Assembly (NCBI GenBank): GCA_951406725.2
Contig: OX597816.1
Coordinates: 167,710,001 to 167,774,000, forward strand
Direction: 5' to 3'
Source: Octopus vulgaris
Taxonomy: Eukaryota
DNA: 64,000 nucleotides
In this document: piece by piece, positions 12,065 through 25,852 of the stretch
Layout of the letters: the number at the start of each line of letters is the position of its first letter
Position numbering within the stretch: position 1 is the stretch's first letter
The notes under the pieces: generated by a model
Seen by the model: only the letters and a program-made list of their open reading frames with translations
Told to the model about the DNA's origin: nothing
Databases searched by the model: none
Made by a program: the position numbers and the translations under genes

Positions 12065-13915
12065 TATAGGATACAGGTATACATAGCCAAGAGAGTAGCA
12101 GAAAAGAAGTTTGTCAATGTTCAGCAACGTGAGGACCAAAGAACTGATGGTGTGTGAGAGAAAACCATGATGTTGTAGGAGAGAAATGTGTCCACATGGA
12201 TGATGGTGCCCTTGTATTTAATGATTCTGCAAAGAAAGAGGCTTGGAGATGCCATTATGAATGACTGCTGAATGCGGAGAATGAATAGAAAGAGAGTCTG
12301 CCAAAGGTTGACCCAATTGAGGGACCAGCTACCCGAATCAACAGTACTCTGGTAGATAAAGCAATTAAGGATATGAAGACAAGGAAAGCACCTGGTCCAT
12401 CAGGACTCACCGCTGAGATGTTTAAAATATCAGGCAGTGTGTGTTATGTCTAGTCACTCGCAACATAAATCAGGTAGTTCATGAAGGAATCATACCCAAT
12501 GACTGGTGTAGCAGCACCATAGTCAACTGCTACAAAGATAAAGGCGATGCTTTAGATAGAAATAACTACAAGAGTATCAAATTATTGGATCAGGTGATAA
12601 AAGCTACAAAGAGGATCATAGTCCAACTAATTAGGGAGAGAGTTAAGCTAGATGAGATGCAGTTTGGTTTTGTGCCAGGCAGAAGCACCACTGATACTAT
12701 ATTTCTGGTAAGGCAACTGCAGGAGAAATACCTAGCCAAAGATAAACCTCTGTACTTGGCTTTTGTTGACTTGGAGAAAGCCTTTGACAGGGTCCCCCAA
12801 TCCCTTATCTGGTGATCAATGCAGAAACTGGAGATAAATGAGTGGTTGTTAAGAGCTGTACAAGCCCTGTACAGAGATGCTGTCAGTAAGGCTGGCAATG
12901 AGTATAGTAAAGAATTTTGAGTAGAAGTAAGGGTTCACCAAGGATCAGTCTTCAGCCCCCTCTTATTCATTATAGTCCTCCAGGCAATAACAGAGTAATT
13001 CAAGATGGGCTAACCCTGGGAGCTCCCCTATGCTGACGACCTTACTCTAATAGCTGAGTCGCTGCCAGAACTAGAGATGAAATTTAGGGTGTGGAAGCAA
13101 GGTCTAGAATCAAAGGGCCTTAGGGTTAACCTAGCAAAATCCAAAATCTTCAGATAGATGGCCCTGCTTGATCTGTAGAAAAGGTGTGGGTAGAAACTCC
13201 ATAAGATGTACCCAGTGTAAGCTATGGACACATAAAAGGTACAGTAATATGAAAGGAAGGTTAACCGGGAAGATAGTTTTTGTGCGTGGCAGACGTACAG
13301 GGGCAATAAACACTGAAGATTTACAGAAAATAGATTCCATCAAATGCTGGGAGGGAAAACTAGAAGTAGTTAATAGCTTCCGCTACCTAGGCGACCAATG
13401 CTCTGAGAATGTAGCAGCTAGAGTAAAAATAGCCTGGGAAAAGTTTAGGGAGCTCCTACCTCTGCTGGCACCTAAGGGCCTCTCGCTCAGGATGAAAGGT
13501 AGACTGTATGGTGCATGTGTGTGAACTGCCATGCTACACAGCAGTGAAACATAGGTCATGACTGCTGAGGACATGGGTAGGCTTGAAAGAAATGAAGCTA
13601 GTATGATATGCTGGATGTGTAATGTCAGTGTGCATACACAACAGAGAGTAAGTGCCCTGAGAGGAAAGTTGGGCATAGGAGGCATCAAACGTGGTGTGCA
13701 AAAGACGACTGCACTGGTATGGTCATGTGTTATGTATGGAGGAAGACAGCTGTGTGAGGAAGTTCCACGCCTTAACTGTGGAAGAGGTAGACTCAGGAAG
13801 ACATGGGATGAGGTGGTGAAGCAAGACCTTTGAACATCGGGCCTCACAGAGGCAATGACAGGAGACCAAGACCTTTGGGGATATGCTATGATTGAAAAGT
13901 TCCAGCAATTAAAGT
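12065..13915 (+). mobile_element. Older decayed RTE LINE copy (RT region)
   Basis: Colinear with 17210-19150, with many stops and deletions. Confidence 0.9.
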
Positions 13916-14058
13916 GAGATTGCATTGTATTAAAGTACAAGTGAAGATATATAAACCTCAGAGGGATAGAAATATCCAAGATTAGACTGGTTGAATACCT
14001 TATAATATAGGCATATACATAGATTATTATTATAAGAATCAAGAGAGAAGATGGAGAT

Positions 14059-14848
14059 CATCATCATCATCATTGTTCGAACATGGTCAAGACAATGGAA
14101 TTTACTATGCTACACCAGCTTCACGGTCCATCATAGCATTACGGAGGTCGTGTTGCTGGATGCCTGTATCCCTGGAGATTACATCAGGGTAGGAGAGTGT
14201 GCGCCCTCTGGTAACACAAATAGATGGCTTCCAGAGGAGAATAGCAGAAATTACCTCGTTTTCAGCTCTACAACAATGTCCAGCAAACTGGACTCTTCTA
14301 CCTTTCACAAGAGATGATACAGGTGGTAGTTTCCCATATATTTGTACTTTGGTTGGATGACGCTTCCACAAGAGATTTTGAGCTCTCATAAGGAGGTGAG
14401 TGTAAGTTCCATCCAACCGCCTCTCAAGCTTCTTCGATAACATCCAGGTTTCTGAGCCATATAGTAGAATTGGTTCGACTGTGGCTTTGAAGATTTTAAG
14501 TTTGAAATCTCTACTTAGATTTGATGACCAGATCTTATGCATATCATTACAGGCTGACCAGGCCATACCCTTTCTAGTTAGAAAATCTTTTTCAGATGAT
14601 GATATGTATGACCCAAGATATTTGTAATCAGAAACCATATTTAAGAGCGTATTGTCGAGAGTATGGATGATGAAATCACTGTTGGACAGACACTTGTTTA
14701 TATATTTTGAGCTCTCATAAGGAGGTGAGTGTAAGTTCCATCCAACCGCCTCTCAAGCTTCTTCGATAACGTCCAGGTTTCTGAGCCATATAGTAGAATT
14801 GGTTCGACTGTGGCTTTGAAGATTTTAAGTTTGAAATCTCTACTTAAG
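14059..14848 (-). mobile_element. Second copy of that RTE-like family, with an internally duplicated block at its 5' end
   Basis: Near-identical to 570-1200. TSD gatggagat at 14050-14058 and 14849-14857. About 14705-14846 repeats about 14376-14517. Confidence 0.9.
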
Positions 14849-15080
14849 GATGGAGATAAGATTAATAAAAATGTATTAATACACTGACAAGACCTACAAT
14901 TGTTTCGACTGATTCAAAACATCAATATGAATTGACAATATGAAATAACTCTTTTGGACTGATAAGGGACATTACAAGGTCTACCTAATGGTTAGTTTTT
15001 AAAAGTCTTAACCAAAACAAGCAACAGTGAAGAAGACAAAAAAGATGAAGGGGAAAGGAGGATTTAATTACAATACTGAC

Positions 15081-15139
15081 CCATTTGGTTTATGCTTCTT
15101 GAAAATGCTATTAACACAATTTCTTATATGTTCAGCCAT
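15081..15139 (-). CDS. JAK: JAK, first coding exon (MAEHIRNCVNSIFKKHKPN-G); exon spans 15081-15143
   Basis: ttctatttcag acceptor, ATG at 15139, GG|gtcagt donor. Phase 2 joins in frame to the 8619 exon. Confidence 0.7.
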
Positions 15140-15559
15140 ATTTCTGAAATAGAATATTGATAATATAGAGATTGTGACTGAAACAAGTAAAAGATAAAAT
15201 ATAAAAAGATGCATAAATACATACATATAGACCAGTGGTTGCCAAACTTTTTGGACCATCTACCCCCTTTAGCCACTTCTTCCGCATTGACCACCCTCCT
15301 CAGTTAAAATATCTTAACTCAAGTTATGTTGTACTGATTTTAAACCGATGTTAAACGATGATGATATATATATCATCATATATATACATATATATATACA
15401 CACACACACACACATATATATATTATACATATATATATATATATATATATATATTGATAGTAATAGTATGACAACAAAAGAGTGAATGAGACCTCAATAT
15501 TATGTAAATAGAGGAATTTGTCTGTAATATAATGTGACAATTATTCGGTTGCTACTGAA

Positions 15560-18500
15560 TAATTGTCACACTGTTCTCACCATCTACACCGGATACGCCC
15601 TACTCCCTCCTCCTCCCCCCCCTTCCTACCCCTTCTCCTCATATGCTTTCACTGTGAAAAGACAAGCTGCTAGCGCCACAGCTCATCAACTGCCCACTGA
15701 TCTTACGCTTCCTCCTGACACTGCCTCAATCCGACTATCTCCTCCCAGTCCCCTCCGTAATATCCTACATTTTTATTTCTTACGAACCTACACCAACCCT
15801 TCCTGCCATCGTTCCTCCTTACCCCAACCTTCCCCACTGGTGCTCCCCTATATTGACCGCACCCCCTCTACTATCTCTCCCTCTCTTTTCACTGGTAAAA
15901 CCTTTCTCAGCTGGACCCCCCCAACTCAACTCTAGAATATCTGTATTTTTCCTCCTTACTACGCTACCTAATTACGTTACTCAGTGACGATAACGAATGT
16001 CCACTGCTAACACCAGCTCCTGTCCACGGTGTGGACAGGTCGGAAGAGAGATCAAAAGAAAAATGCTACGAAAACTATCACCACCACAACAACCCTCCTC
16101 TTCTCAGGCGCTGAATTCCCCCCTCCCCCCCACATCTCCTTCCCAGTTTTCAGAGTTGGCACTATCAATGTTGGTACATTGACAGGCAAATCTAGTGAGA
16201 TTGTAGAGAAGACAGGTTGATGTATGCTGCATACAAGAGGTAAGATGGAGAGGTGCTTCGGCTAGGGTCCTCACGGGCAAGGCACTTAGGTACAAACTCT
16301 TCTGGCAAGGTAACGTGGAAGGTGTAGGGGGTGTAGGCATTCTCCTTGCGGAGAAATGGGTGGATGAGGTCATAGAGGTTGTCAGGGTTTGCGATAGAGT
16401 GCTTAAGCTCAGGTTGGTCCTACAGAGTGGCACAGCTATGATTATCTCCGCCTATGCCCCACAAGCGGGACTACCAAATGATCAGAAGGACAACTTTTAT
16501 GATAGCCTTCTGCAGGCTACTTCAAAGACTAGTAGCAAGGACCTCATCTTTGTAGGTGGAGATTTTAATGGGCATGTTGGGCGGGAATCGGGTATCTTCA
16601 CTGGGGTACATGGTGGCTATGGTATTGGCACCAGAAATGATGAGGGAACTAGACTGCTGGAATTCTGTGATGCATGTAACCTTTCAATCTGCAACACTAA
16701 CTTCAAGAAGCCAGTCTGTCACCTTATAACTTATCAGTCAGGAGACTCCGCTAGCCAAATAGACTTCATCCTCACCAGACAGCAGGATGCAGGGTTGCTC
16801 TTGAATACAAAGACCCTCCCGGGTGAAGAATGTATCCCTCAGCATAGACTAATCATCAGTGACTTTAAGCTTGAGGCCAGAAGGACTCCAAGAAACAAAC
16901 CAATCCAGAAAAGAAGGATTTGGAGGCTAAAGAACCCTTCACATGGTCAGAAATTTAGGGACATACTCATCAAGAAATTTGATGAGAGGGAGGAGCTTCA
17001 GACGTCAGACATAGAAGGTAGCTGGGAATTCCTACGGGACAGCTTGCTGAGTGCCACAGACCGAGTCTGTGGATGGTGCAAAGTCCCTTCCAGACCTAGA
17101 ATTACGTGGTGGTGGAATAGTGCAGTAGATAAAGCCATCTGTAAAAAAGACGGGCCTGGGCCTGGAAGGATGGGGGCAGCAGGGAACTGTACCAGATAGC
17201 CAAAAGGGAGGCTGGGCGGCAGGTATACATAGCCAAAGACGTAGCAGAAAAGAAGAAGTTTGCCAATGTCCAGCGACGCGAGGATCAAAGAGCTGAAGTA
17301 TTTCGGATTGCCAGACAGTGTGTCAGAGAAAATAGTGATGTTATAGGAGAGAAATGTGTCCGCATGGATGATGGGGCACTTGCTTTTACTGCTAGTGAAA
17401 AGAAAGAGGCTTGGAGAAGCCATTATGAAAGACTACTGAATGAGGAGAATGAATGGGAGGAGGAGAGCCTGCCAAAAGTTGACCCAGTAGAGGGACCAGC
17501 TACCCGAATAGACAGCTCCCTTGTAGATAAGGCAATTAAGGATATGAAACCAGGCAAAGCCCCTGGCCTATCAGGAATCACTGCTGAGATGCTTAAAACA
17601 GCTGGCTATGTGGGCTATACCATAGTCACCCGCATTGTAAACCAGGTAGTTCACAATGGAGTCATACCCAATGACTGGTGCAACAGCACCATAGTCAACT
17701 GCTACAAGGGTAAGGGTGATGCTCTAGATAGAAATAACTACAGAGGTATCAAACTGTTGGACCAGGTGATGAAGGTCTCAGAGAAGGTCATAACCCATCT
17801 CATTAGGGAGAGAATTTGTTTAGATGAAATGCAGTTCGGTTTTGTACCAGGTAGAAGCACCACTGATGCTATATTCCTGGTCTGACAACTGCAGGAGAAG
17901 TACCTAGCTAAAGATAAACCCCTCTACATAGCTTTTGTAGACTTGGAGAAAGCCTTTGACAGGGTTCCCCGTTCCCTCATCTGGTGGTCGATGCGGAAAC
18001 TGGAGATTGAAGAATGGCTAATAAGGGCTGTACAGGCTCTATACAGAGAGGCTGTCAGCAAGGTTAGGATTGGCAACGAATATAGTGAAGAATTCCGGGT
18101 AGAAGTAGGTGCGCACCAGGGCTCAGCCCTCAGTCCCCTTTTATTCATCATAGTCCTTCAGGCAATAACAGAGGAATTCAAAACGGGATGCCCCTGGGAG
18201 CTCCTCTATGCTGATGACCTAGCTCTCATAGCAGAATCACTACCGGAACTGGAAAAGAAATTTCGGGTGTGGAAGCAAGGGTTGGAATCAAAGGGCCTTA
18301 GAATAAATGTAGCAAAGACCAAAGTATTAGTAAGCAGCAAGAGGTACTCAGCACACACACCCTCGGGTAGGTGGCCCTGCTCAATCTGTAGGAAAGGTAC
18401 AGGTAGAAACTCCATAAGATGCACCCAATGTAAGTTATGGACACATAAGAGGCGCAGCAACATTAAAGGGAAATTAACAGATAAGATAGCTTTCATGTGC

Positions 18501-19497
18501 AGCAGATGCACAGGGACAATAGACACAACAGACACTCAGAAAACAGATTCCATCACACTCCAGGGAGAGAAACTAGAAGTAGTTGATAGTTTCCGCTACC
18601 TGGGTGACCAAGTTAGTAGCGGAGGTGGATGCACAGAGAGTATCACCACTAGAATACGAATAGCCTGGGCAAAGTTCAGAAAGCTCCTACCCCTACTGGC
18701 AACAAAAGGTCTCTCCCTCAGAGCGAAAGGTAGATTGTATGATGCATGTGTGCGAACTGCCATGCTTCACGGTAGTGAAACATGGGCAGTGACTGCAGAG
18801 GACATGCGTAGACTTGAAAGAAATGAAGCTAGCATGATCCGCTGGATGTGTAGTGTCAGTGTGCACGCAAGACAGAGTGTAAGCATCCTAAGAGAAATGC
18901 TGGATATAAGAAGCATCAGATGTGGTGTGCAAGAGCGACGCTTGCAATGGTATGGTCATGTGATGCGGATGGATGAAGAGAGATGTGTGAAGAAGTGCCA
19001 CTCCCAAACAGTTGAAGGTATCAGGGGTAGAGGTAGACCCAGGAAGACATGGGATGAGGTAGTCAAGCATGACCTCAGAGCATTGGGCCTCACTGAGGCA
19101 ATGGCGAAAGACCGAGATCTCTGGAGATATGCTGTGACTGCAAAGACCCGGGCTGCTTTCTGCAGCAATTCCACATACCCCCTACCCATTCAAAGTACCC
19201 CGGATCCCCAAAGTACCCCGGACCCAGTTGCCCCCGTGCTGCTGGCACGTTAAAAGCTCGAACCGATCGCGACCAATGCCGGACGCCCCGGCCCCTGTGC
19301 AGGTGGCACGTAAAAAGCACCCAATCCACTCACGTAGTGGCTGGCGTTAGGAAGGGCATCCAGCCGTAGAAACTCTGCCAAATCAGACTGGAGCCTGGAG
19401 CGGCCCCTGGCTTCCAAGACCCCGGTCGAACCGTCCAACCCGTGCTAGCGCGGAAAACGGACGTTAAACGATGATGATGATGATGATGATGATGATT
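15560..19497 (+). mobile_element. Near full-length RTE-clade LINE (APE endonuclease + RT + PHD insert + 3'UTR + (GAT)n tail), inactivated
   Basis: VGTINVG, IQE, GDFNGH, SQIDFIL, QHR (APE); QFGF, DLEKAFD, QGS, YADD, YLG, LHGSETW (RT). Frameshifts near 16210 and 17150 and a TGA at 17883. 5' boundary approximate. Confidence 0.92.
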
Positions 19498-19747
19498 CAT
19501 GTAACAGGTTATGTTGCACTTAAATTGTTCAAACTCTGAGACAGTATAATAATCAATATGGAAAAGAAAATTATTGCTTACAGATTTTATTTGCACATAG
19601 GATCAATATACAGGGCTAGGGTAGTAGTCAGCTGTTTAGTGGTACAAGCAGAATGAGAGAAATGAAGCTCACAGTACCCTCAGATGTCTGTTAGGCAAAG
19701 CTGCTTGCTAGAAGGTGAAACACGTACAACATATGGAAACAAAAAAA

Positions 19748-20169
19748 GGATCTTTCCGGTTTGAACAACAGTTTTTTCTAGCTGTGTCATATGAAATTGT
19801 CACCCATAATTATGACCCTAGTATCGATCTATTGCATTTCAATCTGTTTTAGGGTTAGTTAGAGTTAGGGGTGGGGGAAGGGAATCTTTTTTTCTTCACA
19901 AATGTAAATAAACCCAATCTGTATCTTAAACGAGGGACATATTCATACAGCACAGAATGTTTTTTACCGCAATAGACGTCAGTGATTGGTTGAAATTGCA
20001 GAAATTGAAAGAAAAAAAAACAACAAATATCTTACAAACTATAGAATTTTCTCAATAAAGCCAAGAGAAAAAGATGTTTTATAAACACATTCTACCAGTA
20101 TATGAAGTTTAAAATGTTTTAGTTACCTAGAAATTATGTTAAAAACTGCCGTTCAAACCGAAAAGATCC
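19748..20169. mobile_element. MITE, sister copy of 33074-33476 in opposite orientation
   Basis: Same TIRs and internal sequence. Confidence 0.85.
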
Positions 20170-20779
20170 CCAAAAAATACTGACTGTAGATATTCCCTGT
20201 GGGTTCTTATTTATACCTATGGCAAAAGCTGAATGCATGTTGGCCAATAAAAGAATGTGATTTGTCTTATCTATGTTAGTCTCCAGTTGGCCAAAAAATG
20301 CTCAATTAACTAAGATAAGAGTGACAGGTGACCTCATAAATTTCCTAGTACTAATGCCGAAAACAAAAGAAAGTATCTCTCATGAAAATCCAAGGCTAAG
20401 GTTTTGATTCTTGGCTAAAAATCCAAGAAATGTTTCTTATAAACACCTAAGTGCTTATGCATGTGTGGGTGTGTATGAGTATATATGTTTATGTGCACGA
20501 GTATGTATGTATATATACCCACTACACTCACGAGTATGTATGTATATATACCCACTACACTCACGGAGTGGTTGGCGTTAGGAAGGGCATCCAGCCGTAG
20601 AAACACTGCCAGATCTGACTAGGCCTGATGAAGCCTTCCGGCTTCACAGACCCCAGTTGAACCGTCCAACCCATGCTAGCATGGAAAACGGACGCTAAAC
20701 GATGATGATGATGATAGGATCTGCACTTATGGTGAGTACTTAGGTTAAAGCAACAAATACGTTTTACTTTTATCTTTTA

Positions 20780-21157
20780 CTAGCAGTATTGCCTGGCGTT
20801 GCTCGGGTTTGTTTCGACCCTTTAGAATTGGAATTTTTGAAAAGTAAAAATTTTGCATTATGTAGCTTGTTATTCTCTTTCAGTGAACATTTTTCTGAAA
20901 AATGGTGACACAGCAGTCAAAAAATCGTGAAAAATAGGGATTTTCATAGAAAAAAAGCACCTTTTTGATGTAAATAATTTTTGGTGTTAACATGGTCTGA
21001 TTTGAATTTTTTCTTCTACGGAAGGAAGAGCAAGCCTTCTTCTATCATACTCTCAATTTTGGTCCACTTGCGCCACAGGGTCTCGGAGAAGATAGTGTTA
21101 GTTGAAGGCTACCAAACCTGCCATACACAGACAACTTCAGCTTTATATAGAGAGAGA
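20780..21157 (-). mobile_element. Non-autonomous Helitron, same termini as 28648
   Basis: actagcagtattgcctggcgttgctcggg ... tatagagagagat. Confidence 0.8.
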
Positions 21158-21158
21158 T

Positions 21159-21457
21159 TAGGTTGAGTAAAAAGTTTGTGCGCCATGTTAAAATAATGCT
21201 TTTTTATATATTTTCGTGGTCTGTGTTCATTCAGTTCATGTCATGTTCAATGGTGATTCACTGCGTTTGTCAAAAACATGCTTTATTTTAACAAGACAAT
21301 GCAAAGCCACACACCGCCAGAAAGACCAGCAACAAGATTGAAGAATTGGATGGTGTGGAAGTTTTGCTGCAACCAGCCTATAGCCCAGACGTTGCTCCAT
21401 CTGACTATGGTCTCTTCTGATCAATGTAGCACTTTATGAAAGGTCGCCAATTTGAGC
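21159..21457 (+). mobile_element. Mariner transposase relic
   Basis: QDNAKPHTA..AYSPDVAPSDYGLF (mariner HDNARPH / YSPDLAPSDY), with stops; ttaggttg TIR start. Confidence 0.85.
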
Positions 21458-21901
21458 CATTTGATAAAACTACAAGGGATAGCACACATTTTTGTCTGTC
21501 TCCTGTCAAAGCTTATTTCTCCAGTGTTCACCACTTCAACTTATTATGGCTTAACAGCCCTTACTGTTTGTTTAAACTGTCCCGTCTTTGTTACCAACTT
21601 CAACCCTCTGCAAATCCCAAATTTCATTTAATTTGCTTTGTGGGAGCAACTGTTTTGATGAAGACGCATATTTTTCCGAACACTCGAAATGTGGAATAGA
21701 TAAAACAGGGGACAACTGATGAAGAGATTCTTCTTTATGTTGCCTGTCTCGTTTTTCTATTTGTTTCTTTCGTTGTTTGCAAAAAAAGTTCATTTTCCAT
21801 GTTTTTGTATTTCATGTTCTCGTTTTTCATGTTGTTTGCATTTTCTGACGTTCTGTACCCATATATGCATGTGTATATATATTTATATGTAAGTAGGTAC
21901 A

Positions 21902-21932
<31 letters not shown>

Positions 21933-22044
21933 TTCACTAATTTTGTCACAGATTGGCTGACTGAAAATTCTTAGATTTTTCAATTCTATTTCAATATTAT
22001 CAGCATTAAATTACAGCTTCTGTTACATTCTTGGGAGAAAAATT

Positions 22045-23317
22045 ATAAGTAGTTGATAGCTTCCATTACCTGGGGGACCAAGTCAGTAGCAGGGGTGGAT
22101 GCTCTGATAGTGTAGCTGCTAGAATAAGAATAGCCTGGGCAAAGTTCAGAGAGCTCCTACTTCTGCTGGTGACAAAGAGCCTCTCACTCAGAGTAAAAGT
22201 TAGACTGTATGACGCATGTGAATGAACAGCCATGCTACATGGCAGTGAAACATGGACTGTGACTGCAGAGGACATGTATAAGCTTGCAAAGGAATGAAGA
22301 GAGTATGCTCCACTGGATGTGTAATGTCAGTGTGCATACACGACACAGTGTAAGTGCCCTGAGAGAAAAGTTGGATTTAAGAAGCATCAGCTGTGGTGTG
22401 CAAGAGAGATGACTGCACTGGTATGGCCATGTGTTGCAAGTGAACCAGGACAGCTGTGTGAAAAAGTGTCACACCCTAGCAGTTGAGGGAAACTGTGGAA
22501 GAGGTAGACCTAGGAAAACCTTGGATGAGGTGGTAAAGCATGACCTTCGAACATTGGGCCTTACTGAGGCAATGACTAGTGACCGGGACCTTTGGAGATA
22601 TGGTGTGCTTGAGAAGATATGAGAAGCCAGTGGGTGTAACCAGCCCATTTATGAATACCCCTCATTCATTGGACAATAAACCTTGTTTGTTAAGACCTAT
22701 TGAGGCAAGTGAAATCAATATCAAAATTGCTGCCATGGCCAATGACAGTGCCGCCTGATTGGCACTCGGGCCAGTAGAATGTTAAAAGCACATCCAAACG
22801 TGGGGTGTAACTGGCCCACATATGAGTATCCCTCATTTATTGGACAATGAACTTTGCTTGCGAAGACCTATTGAGGCAAGTGTAAAGAAATCAAAATCGC
22901 TGATGTGGCCGATGACAGTGCCTCCTGATTGGCACACATGCCAGTGGAACGTTAAAAGAACATCCAAGCATGATCGCTGCCAGGGCCATAGATTGGTTCC
23001 CATGCCAATGACACGTAAAAAGCACTATTTGAGCGTGGTCGTTGCCAGTGCCGCCGGACAGGTTCCCGTGCAGGTAGCATGTAAAATACCTTTTGAGAGT
23101 AGTTGTTGCCAGTACTGCCTGGTTGACCCTCGTACCAGTGGCACATAAAAGCACCCACTACACTTTCTGAGTGGTTGGCGTTAGGAAGGGCATCCAGCTG
23201 TAGAAACTTTGCCAGATCAGAGTGAGCCTGGTGCGGCCTCTGACTCACTAGTCCTCAGTCAAACCATCAAACCCATGCCAGCATGGAAAGCGGAAGTAAA
23301 ACGATGATGATGATGAT
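22045..23317 (+). mobile_element. 5'-truncated RTE copy with 3'UTR
   Basis: YLGDQVSS..GSETW..GRGRPRKT followed by the shared 3'UTR and (GAT)n. Confidence 0.85.
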
Positions 23318-24116
23318 ATATACTAGCTGGCATATACTAGTAATACCCAGAAAAGTGGGGGATATTTCCAGTTCCTATTCCCATAACACTGTTTCATGTT
23401 CTCTTCCATTCCCTGTCCCCAATGCTATGTCAATATATAAATTTTAGAATCATTTAGGTGTAACTAAGCCATTAAATATTTTATTAACCTTTATGGTAAT
23501 AGTTTATTGCTAAAAATAGGCATTACAAACTAATAGTACAATTAGGGGGTTCTTGCTGTTGTTTGTTCCTTCTCGAGCCATGCCTGGCTCATAAGGGCCG
23601 GTTTCCCAGTTTCTTGGCATATAGGTTCCCCACCTGGACGGGACGCCGGTCCATCGCAGGTGAGCTGCAAGATGCAGGAGGAAAGAGTGAGAGAAAGTTG
23701 TGGCGAAAGAGTCAGCAGAAGTTCGCCATTAACTTCTGCCGGAGCCACGTGGAGCTTAGGTGTTTTCGCTCATAAACACACACATCGCCTGGTTTGAGAT
23801 TCGAACCCGCGATCCCTCGACCGCGAGTCCACTGCTCTAACCACTAGGCCATGTGCCTCCTCACAATTAGTGGGTGAATAAAGAAGGTCTATATATCATT
23901 TTTATCAAAAAAATATGCATCTGAGTAAAATAAATTCGATAAATAAAGGCGCAGGAGTAGCTGTGTGGTAAGTAGCTTGCTAACCAACCACATGGTTCTG
24001 GGTTCAGTCCCACTGCGTGGCATCTTAGGCAAGTGCCTTCTGCTATAGCCTCGGGCCAACCAAAGCCTTGTGAGTGGATTTGGTAGACGGAAACTGAAAG
24101 AAGCCTGTCATATATA

Positions 24117-25802
24117 TCATCATCATTCATCGTTTAACGTCCGTTTTCCGCGCTAGCACAGGTTGGACGGTTCGAAGGGGTCTGGGAAGCCAGGGGCTGC
24201 TCCAGGCTCCAGTCTGATCTGGCAGAGTTTCTATGGCTGGATGCCCTTCCTAACGCCAACCACTCCGCGAGTGTAGTGGGTGCTTTTTACATGCCACCTG
24301 CACAGGTGCCGGGGGGGGGGGGGTCCGGCTTCGGTCACGATCGGTTGGAGCTTTTAACGTGCCAGCGGCATGGAAACCAGCCAAGGCGGCGCTGGCAACG
24401 TTCGGATGGTCTTTTTATGTGCCACCGGCACAGGAGCCAGTCGGGGGGGCACTGGCATCGGCCACATTTGGATAGTGCTTTTTATGTGCCACCGGCACAG
24501 GCATCACAACTACTATTTCCATTGATATTTATTTCAACGTTCATGTTCATGTACTTGACTCAACAGGTCTCCTCAAGCACAGCGGGACGTTCTGGGATCC
24601 GGGGTACTTTGAATGGGTAGGGGCTATGCGGAACTGATGCTGAAAGCAGCCCAGGTCTTTGCAGTCACAGCATATCTCCAGAGATCTCGGTCCTTCGCCA
24701 TTGCCTCAGTGAGGCCCAACGCTCTGAGGTCATGCTTGACTACCTCATCCCATGTCTTCCTGGGTCTACCTCTCCCCCTGATACCTTCAACTGTTTGGGA
24801 GTGGCACTTCTTCATACATCTCTCCTCATCCATCCGCAGCACATGACCATACCATCGCAAGCGTCGCTCTTGCACACCACATCTGATGCTTCTTATATCC
24901 AGCATTTCTCTCAGGGTGCTTACACTCTGTCGTGCGTGCACACTGACATTACACATCCAGCGGATCATGCTAGCTTCATTTCTTTCAAGTCTACGCATGT
25001 CCTCTGCAGTCACAGCCCATGTTTCACTACCGTGAAGCATGGCAGTTCGCACACATGCATCATACAATCTACCTTTCGCTCTGAGGGAGAGACCCTTTGT
25101 CGCCAGTAGGGGTAGGAGCTTTCTGAACTTTGCCCAGGCTATTCGTATTCTAGTGGTGATACTCTCTGTGCATCCACCTCCACTGCTAACTTGGTCACCC
25201 AGGTAGCGGAAACTATCAACTACTTCTAGTTTCTCTCCCTGGAGTGTGATGGAATCTGTTTTCTGAGTGTCTGTGGTGTCTATTGTCCCTGTGCATCTGC
25301 CGCACATGAAAGCTATCTTATCTGTTAATTTCCCTTTAATGTTGCTGCACCTCTTGTGCGTCCATAGCTTACATTGAGTGCATCTTATGGAGTTTCTACC
25401 TACACCTTTCCTACAGATCGAGCAGGGCCACCTGCCCAAGGGGGTGTGTGCTGAGTTCGCCTTTCTGCTTACTATAACTTTGGTCTTTGCTACAATTACT
25501 CTAAGGCCCTTTGATTCTAACCCTTGCTTCCACACCCGAAATTTCTTTTCTAGTTCCGGTAGTGATTCTGCTATGAGAGCCAGGTCATCAGCATAGAGGA
25601 GCTCCCAGGGGCATCCTGTTTTGAATTCCTCTGTTATTGCCTGGAGGACTATGATGAATAAAAGGGAACTGAGGGCTGGGCCTTGGTGCACACCTACTTC
25701 TACCCGGAATTCTTCACTATATTCGTTGCCAATCCTAACCTTGCTGACAGACTCTCTGTATAGAGCCTGTACAGCCCTTATTAGCCATTCGTCAATCTCC
25801 AG
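24117..25802 (-). mobile_element. 5'-truncated young copy of the same RTE, inserted in the (TA)n of a SINE
   Basis: 355-aa ORF nearly identical to 17943-19253; (CAT)n tail at 24117. SINE halves flank it at 23946-24115 and 25805-26060. Confidence 0.93.
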
Positions 25803-25821
25803 TTATATACATATATATATG

Positions 25822-25852
<31 letters not shown>

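Noticed and set aside
14890-14985. Minus-strand half hammerhead (GAAAcaattgTA)
   Set aside because: The CUGANGA half is too degenerate to call.
15560-19497. Active autonomous LINE
   Set aside because: Frameshifts and an in-frame stop at 17883 break the ORF in this copy.
21640-21730. TTGATGA..GAAA and CTGATGA motifs as a hammerhead
   Set aside because: Stems cannot be built convincingly; at most a decayed PLE relic.
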